A DNA stretch of 64,000 nt from Macrostomum hystrix (lineage: Eukaryota; Animalia; Platyhelminthes), in contig CATNEN010000001.1 of assembly GCA_950097015.1 (NCBI GenBank), positions 26,908,001 through 26,972,000 of the forward strand, in the 5' to 3' direction. A program made the position numbers and the translations under genes. Position 1 is the first letter of the stretch; each line of letters opens with the position of its first letter. The notes under the pieces were generated by a model, which had not been told where the DNA came from, ran no database searches, and saw only the letters and a program-made list of their open reading frames with translations. Shown piece by piece: positions 58,869 through 64,000 of the stretch.

Positions 58869-60818
58869 TGTTATGTATTGAAGACCACTCGTTGAGGTTT
58901 CAGATCGTCTTAAAGTGAGATGCACAAATTGCTATGAGGGGGCTCCGCTCACATTTTATTCTGTGCGCATTTCTTTCGATTGAATCGCAAGAGAGGTCCG
59001 CAAAAACAAATGCCCGGTGGGATGGAACATAGACAGCGTTGTCGACTGAGGGTGAGAACAAGGGCAAACATCAACAAATAGATTGATTTGGTGGGCCGCT
59101 GAAACTAAGTGGAACGATAAAAGTGCCTCACGCACAACATCTCCGCTTCCGGGAAGGAAAGGAAGCTTCCCATATCGGGCATGTGGTTAGACAACGCTGA
59201 GCGAGAGATTAAAACAGCGAGAGACAAGAGGGGCACTACAACAGGGTTGCTGTTAGTCATCTGGGAGGGGACCGCGCGTAGCTAAAGCATTTTTTTAGTG
59301 CCGACAGTTAGTCATATGGCACGAAACGATCCGGCGCGTTCCGCGCGCGTGCCGACCGACGCGGTTCAGCGGGCTCGTCAGGCAGCGGCGGTGCCCCGCC
59401 CTGCACGCCAGGCCCAGCGATGATTTTCCAAGTGAAACCGTCGAGTTCCATCTCGGCGGCAATTCTCCCGGCGGCGATCAGGGGTGTTTTGAATTCAACT
59501 GTGTTTAGGGCCTCGAAGACGTCTCCGGTGTCGGTCGTCACGTTGTCGAATCGCAGACGGCTCAGTGCATCTACGTGGGGTGGCGGATTCGGGGATGTAT
59601 CGCATGTCGAAGTCGAACTGCACCAGAGACATGGCCCAGCGGCCGATTCTAACTGACGTGTTTAATGGAATGCCGGATCCAAATAGCCGCAGCAGGGGCT
59701 GGTGATCTGTTTGGATCGTGAATCGGTTGCCATAAAGAAAATGCCTTAGACGTATGACGGCACAGAAGATTGCAAGGGCCTCCCGCTCTATGTTGGAATA
59801 GTTGGATTCGGCAGGAGCGAGAGTCCGAGACACGTAGATGACGGGGTGGCCGTCCTGCGTAGCTACGGCGGCGAGGGCACCTTTCGACGCGTCCGTGGTC
59901 AAAGTCAATTCCTTTGTCAGACTGTACGGCTGCACGATTGGGGCGAGCGCGAGCTCGCACATCAGGTTGTTGAAAGCAGCAGAACATTCGTCAGACCATT
60001 CAAACGGAACGTCGGCCTATCCGTATCATTGATGAGTGCTATCCGTATCATTGCCTCCGATGGGCTCTCGCAGCTGCGGAGTGAATCGAACTTACAATCG
60101 GTGGCGGCGTGCCGGGGCCTGCCAACGAAGTTTTATAGATGGATTCGTCCGCCGCTTGGCGAACGTTGAAGAATCGAGTGCGTTCGGCGATGGTGAGTTT
60201 TTCCTTTGGGCGCAAGTAGCCGATGATGGCTGCCTCAATTAGAGCAAACGTCAACTCGTCAATGCGCCGGGGCGAAACGAGGTCCTGCAGTTTCTCCAGC
60301 CTGCCGAGTCCGCAGGTAACCAGGAAGTTGTCCGCGACGCGTTTCTTGTCCTCGACGTCGGACCACTCCTTCGCACGAGTCAGTGCCCGAAAAGCCATCA
60401 GTCACGTTTGGGCGCGCTCGGGTTCCTCGAGCGACAGTTCTCCAAGACGTTGCGACGCCACGAGCCAGTGCCCGAAAAGCCATCAGCCACGTTTGGGCGC
60501 GCTCGGGTTCCTCGAGCGACAGTTCTCCAAAACGTTGCGACGCCATTGTTATGTATTGAAGACCACTCGTTGAGGTTTCAGAACGTCTTGATGCGAGATG
60601 CACAAATTGCTATGAGGGGGCTCCGCTCACATTTTATTCTGTGCGCATTTCTTTCCATTGAATCGCAAGAGAGGTCCGCAAAAACAAATGCCCGGTGGGA
60701 TGGAACATAGACAGCGTTGTAGCCTGAGGGTGAGAACAAGGGCAAACATCAACAAATAAGATTGCTATGGTGGGCGGCTGAAACTAAGTGGAACGATAAA
60801 AGTGCTTCACGCACAACA
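58869..60818 (-). mobile_element. Internally deleted Gypsy (Mag-like) LTR retrotransposon with both ~271-bp LTRs
   Basis: LTRs 58869-59139 and 60547-60818 (TG..CA); TSD GATAG / GAAAG; PBS TGGCGTCGCAA at 60545; PPT GGAAGCGGAGA; gag fragment; RNase H LTTDAS..YSNIEREALAI..TDHQPL; integrase tail RRSARARNAPDRF. Confidence 0.92.
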
Positions 60819-61404
60819 GAAAGTAATATTGGTCTCTTGGCTGATTTCTCGATTTGATTGGAATAAGTAAAACGTACGTAGCTGATTTCAATGGGCTCTC
60901 CAGAACTCTCCTCTTCCATTCTGTCGCTGAAAACGGCAGCCTATATATTGTTAAACCTTAATTGTTTCGTCTTCGATCATTGTGTCGCTTTCTTTTTATC
61001 TAGCTCGAAATAAAGTACGTTTATTTTTACAGAAAGCAAATTTTAGCATCAGTTTTGGTACTGCTATTTTTCTTCTAATCTTCTATCAGCAGTTAAAACA
61101 TAAGTTGGTATTTATTATTATTATTATAATTTATTTGAATTTTACTTGGTTCGAGAATAAATTGTGAATTCGGTTAGCTACTATCAAAGCAAATAATTTG
61201 TTAGATTTATTATTACTCCTCTCGCTCTAAGAATTTTTTTCGAGTGTAGCTGCAAGTTTTTTTGATACTAAAACTAAGGAAAAATATATATTTAATTATT
61301 TCGTTGGGTGTAGCTATTTTTTGACTGTTGCTGCAATTTTTTTCAGGTTCAAAACAAAAAATATGCTGAGCACAACTAAAAGCGTTTTTCATTTTATAAT
61401 ATTT

Positions 61405-62270
61405 TACCCCAGATAATTCATGCTTCCCTCGATAATTTATTCTTCGCCCTCAATAATTCCTGCTTTCTTTTTCGATAATTCATTCTACCCCTCGACCAAA
61501 TCATGCTTCCCCCCTTAATAATTTATGCAACCTACATGATAATTTACGCTACCCCTCGTTAATTCGTTCTACCATCCTGATTATTCATGCTTTCCCTTTT
61601 TTAAATTCATTTTACACCCTCGAAATTCGCTCCCCTCAATAATTTATGCTACCGCCTCGATAAATTTCACTACATCTCGATAAGTCATGCATTCTCTCGA
61701 TGATTCATGTTCCATCCTCGATAATTTATGCTCCCCACGATAATTGATCATGCTACCCCCTCGAAAACTCATGCGGCGAGTTACCCGCTTGATAATTCAT
61801 TCTACCCAACCATTGCTCATGCTTTCCCCTCGATAATTTATGCTGCCCCCAAATTTAGGAATATACCGCGATAAAGCTTTCTATCCCCTCGATAATTTAG
61901 CTACTTTTCGATAAATCATGCTACCCCCCCCCAAAAACATTCATGCTATTTCGTCGGTAATTCATTCTTCCCATCGAAAACTCATGTTTCCCTTCAAAAA
62001 GTCATGCTTTCCCTTCAAAAACTCATGCTTTACCTTCGATAATTCATACTTTTACCTCGTCATTTCATGCTACCCCTTGACAATTCGAGCTTCCATTTTG
62101 ATAAATCATTCAATCGTCTTGAAAAAAATTACCCTGAAACTATTATGCTAAATTACCTGAAAATCGCATTTTTACTTCTCAAAATCTCATGCAATGCCTT
62201 CAAGAAATCAAGATATTCCCTAGATATCCAATGCTTTTCCCCACAAATTTCATGTAAATTATTTAATTTA
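61405..62270. repeat. Degenerate ~21-bp satellite (CGATAATTCATGCTACCCCT)n; a second block lies at about 63050-63815
   Basis: Recurring CGATAATT / CATGCT / CCCCT periodicity. Confidence 0.8.
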
Positions 62271-63871
62271 TGATGCTGCTTTTCATTGATATCTAGCAAT
62301 ATATTCTTTAGTTTCATGTTCTCATTCGAAATACAGAAAAAACTATGATTGGTTTTCCTGCTATTAGCTTGGATTAAAATATTTTCTCATAGTTTTGAAT
62401 CTAAAAAAGATTTCTGCAATGCTCGAAACACTTTTCTTTAGTTTTGAAAATGACGCTAACAGCTGCGCATGCTCAACAGTCTTCATTTGTTTTTTAATCG
62501 ATAGCGCTTAAAGAAATGCTCGAAAAAAAATTGAAATAAAAAAATAACGCTTTTAGCTAAGCCCAACACATTATTTCTAGCTCTGAATCCGATAACGCTT
62601 GCAGCTATGCTGGAAAATGTTTGTTAGTTTGGAATGTAAAAATTGCTAAAACCTACCTATATGCAACATTATTCATTTATTTTTTAATCCTATTGAATAC
62701 GAGTATTGCTTGCAAGAATGCTTGAAAAAAACTTTACAACTAAAAATAAACAAAACTAATAGCTTTGCTCAATTTTCTAATATTTCAGAATCTAAAAACG
62801 CTGACAGATATGCTCGAAAATTCTTTCCTCAGTTTTGTATCGAATACAACTTGCTGCTGCAAAAAAATATTTTTTTTCTTTTTTTAGCGCGAGAAAAGTA
62901 AAAAGCTAAAAAATATTTGCTTTGACAGTAGCTAATCAATAGCTCTTACTATTAACAGTTAGTTGTACCTAAAAAACCAGAAAATTGATAATAAAGTAAC
63001 ATATACCTACGTTTTTAACTGTTGATGAAAAAATATATTACTTAATTTATCATGCTAGCCCTCGATAAACCATGCGACCCAATCGATATATAATGCAACC
63101 CCTTCGATGATACACTCTAACCCTTTCGATAAATAGTGCTACCTCTCGATAATTTATGCAACCAAGGCCACCGTTGGGGGGGAGATCAGACTTTGAAGTC
63201 CTGAGAAAAAGAAGAATTTTAAATATGCAACTTCACTACTAGCTGCTTATCTTTAATTAATATCTCTCTGACAAATCATGCTACCTCTTTGAAATATCAT
63301 GCTATCCCTCGACAAAGTATGCTACCCCTCGATAATTTATGCTAATCCCACAGTAAATCGTGCCACTCTCAACATTTTATGAAGTTACCTCAGGAGAAAA
63401 ATTTATTCGTTCTCCTTATAATAACTCATGCTTTCTTGCCAATTTATGATTCTCACTCGATAATTTTGATTTTCCAACATTATTCATGCAAGCCAGTTGA
63501 TTAATCATCCTATCCCTCTGAAAATTCATCCTTCACATCAAAAACGCATTCTTCTCCTCGATATTTCATGCAAGCCAGTTGATTAATCATCCCATCCCTC
63601 TGAAAATTCATCCTTCACATCAAAAACGCATACTTCTCCTTGACATTTCACGCTTACCTTTTTAATAATTCATCCCATAGATATATCATGCTTTTTTATC
63701 GATAATTCATGGTACCCCCTCGATAATCGATGTTTTTCTTCAATAATTCGTGCTACCTCGTTGATTTTTATTGCTTTCCCCTCGATAATTCATGGTAACC
63801 CGTCGATAATTCATTCAGTTAATTGACGTGAATATCTATATATAGACTCTTTTCATGTTTTGTTTAATAAA

Positions 63872-64000
63872 CTAGCTATTCTGCACCCGCTTCGCGAGAA
63901 CTGTACAACATAAAGCCCATTATCCAGGAAACGAAATAATTATTGTGGAATGCGCGTGAACAACCAACAGAAATTTCTTTCCTCAGTTTTGTATCGAAAT
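63872..64000 (-). mobile_element. Helitron 3' end (element runs off the window)
   Basis: Minus strand CTCGC-GAA-GCGGG hairpin, 10 nt, then CTAG|T. Confidence 0.55.

Overview
Eukaryotic (metazoan) genomic DNA. GC-rich exons, minisatellite-packed introns and AT-rich intergenic DNA resemble a free-living flatworm such as Macrostomum; this is inferred from sequence style, not verified. Left to right: a decayed zinc-finger remnant and an internally deleted RNase H-bearing LINE (1-2 kb); an NSD-family gene whose PWWP/PHD readers are intact but whose SET catalytic motifs are lost (3180-8177, -), starting about 240 bp downstream of the stop of a 13-exon Mi-2/CHD3-4-5 gene (8420-17999, -) in an operon-like arrangement; nested MITEs; a divergent STAR/KH (Sam68-like) gene (24802-28883, +); a head-to-head pair of secreted WSC + PAN-like genes, each followed by a 1.5-2.4 kb array made of its own last six codons plus the UGA stop, with a SECIS-like hairpin behind one array; a decayed BEL/Pao retrotransposon; a GPCR pseudogene; an intronless M1 aminopeptidase lacking its catalytic glutamates; an apparently intact Crypton (tyrosine recombinase) element with a 95-nt terminal hairpin; a deleted Gypsy element with both LTRs; and Helitron ends. 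Exon models were derived by hand from GT-AG sites and frame continuity; no database searches were run.
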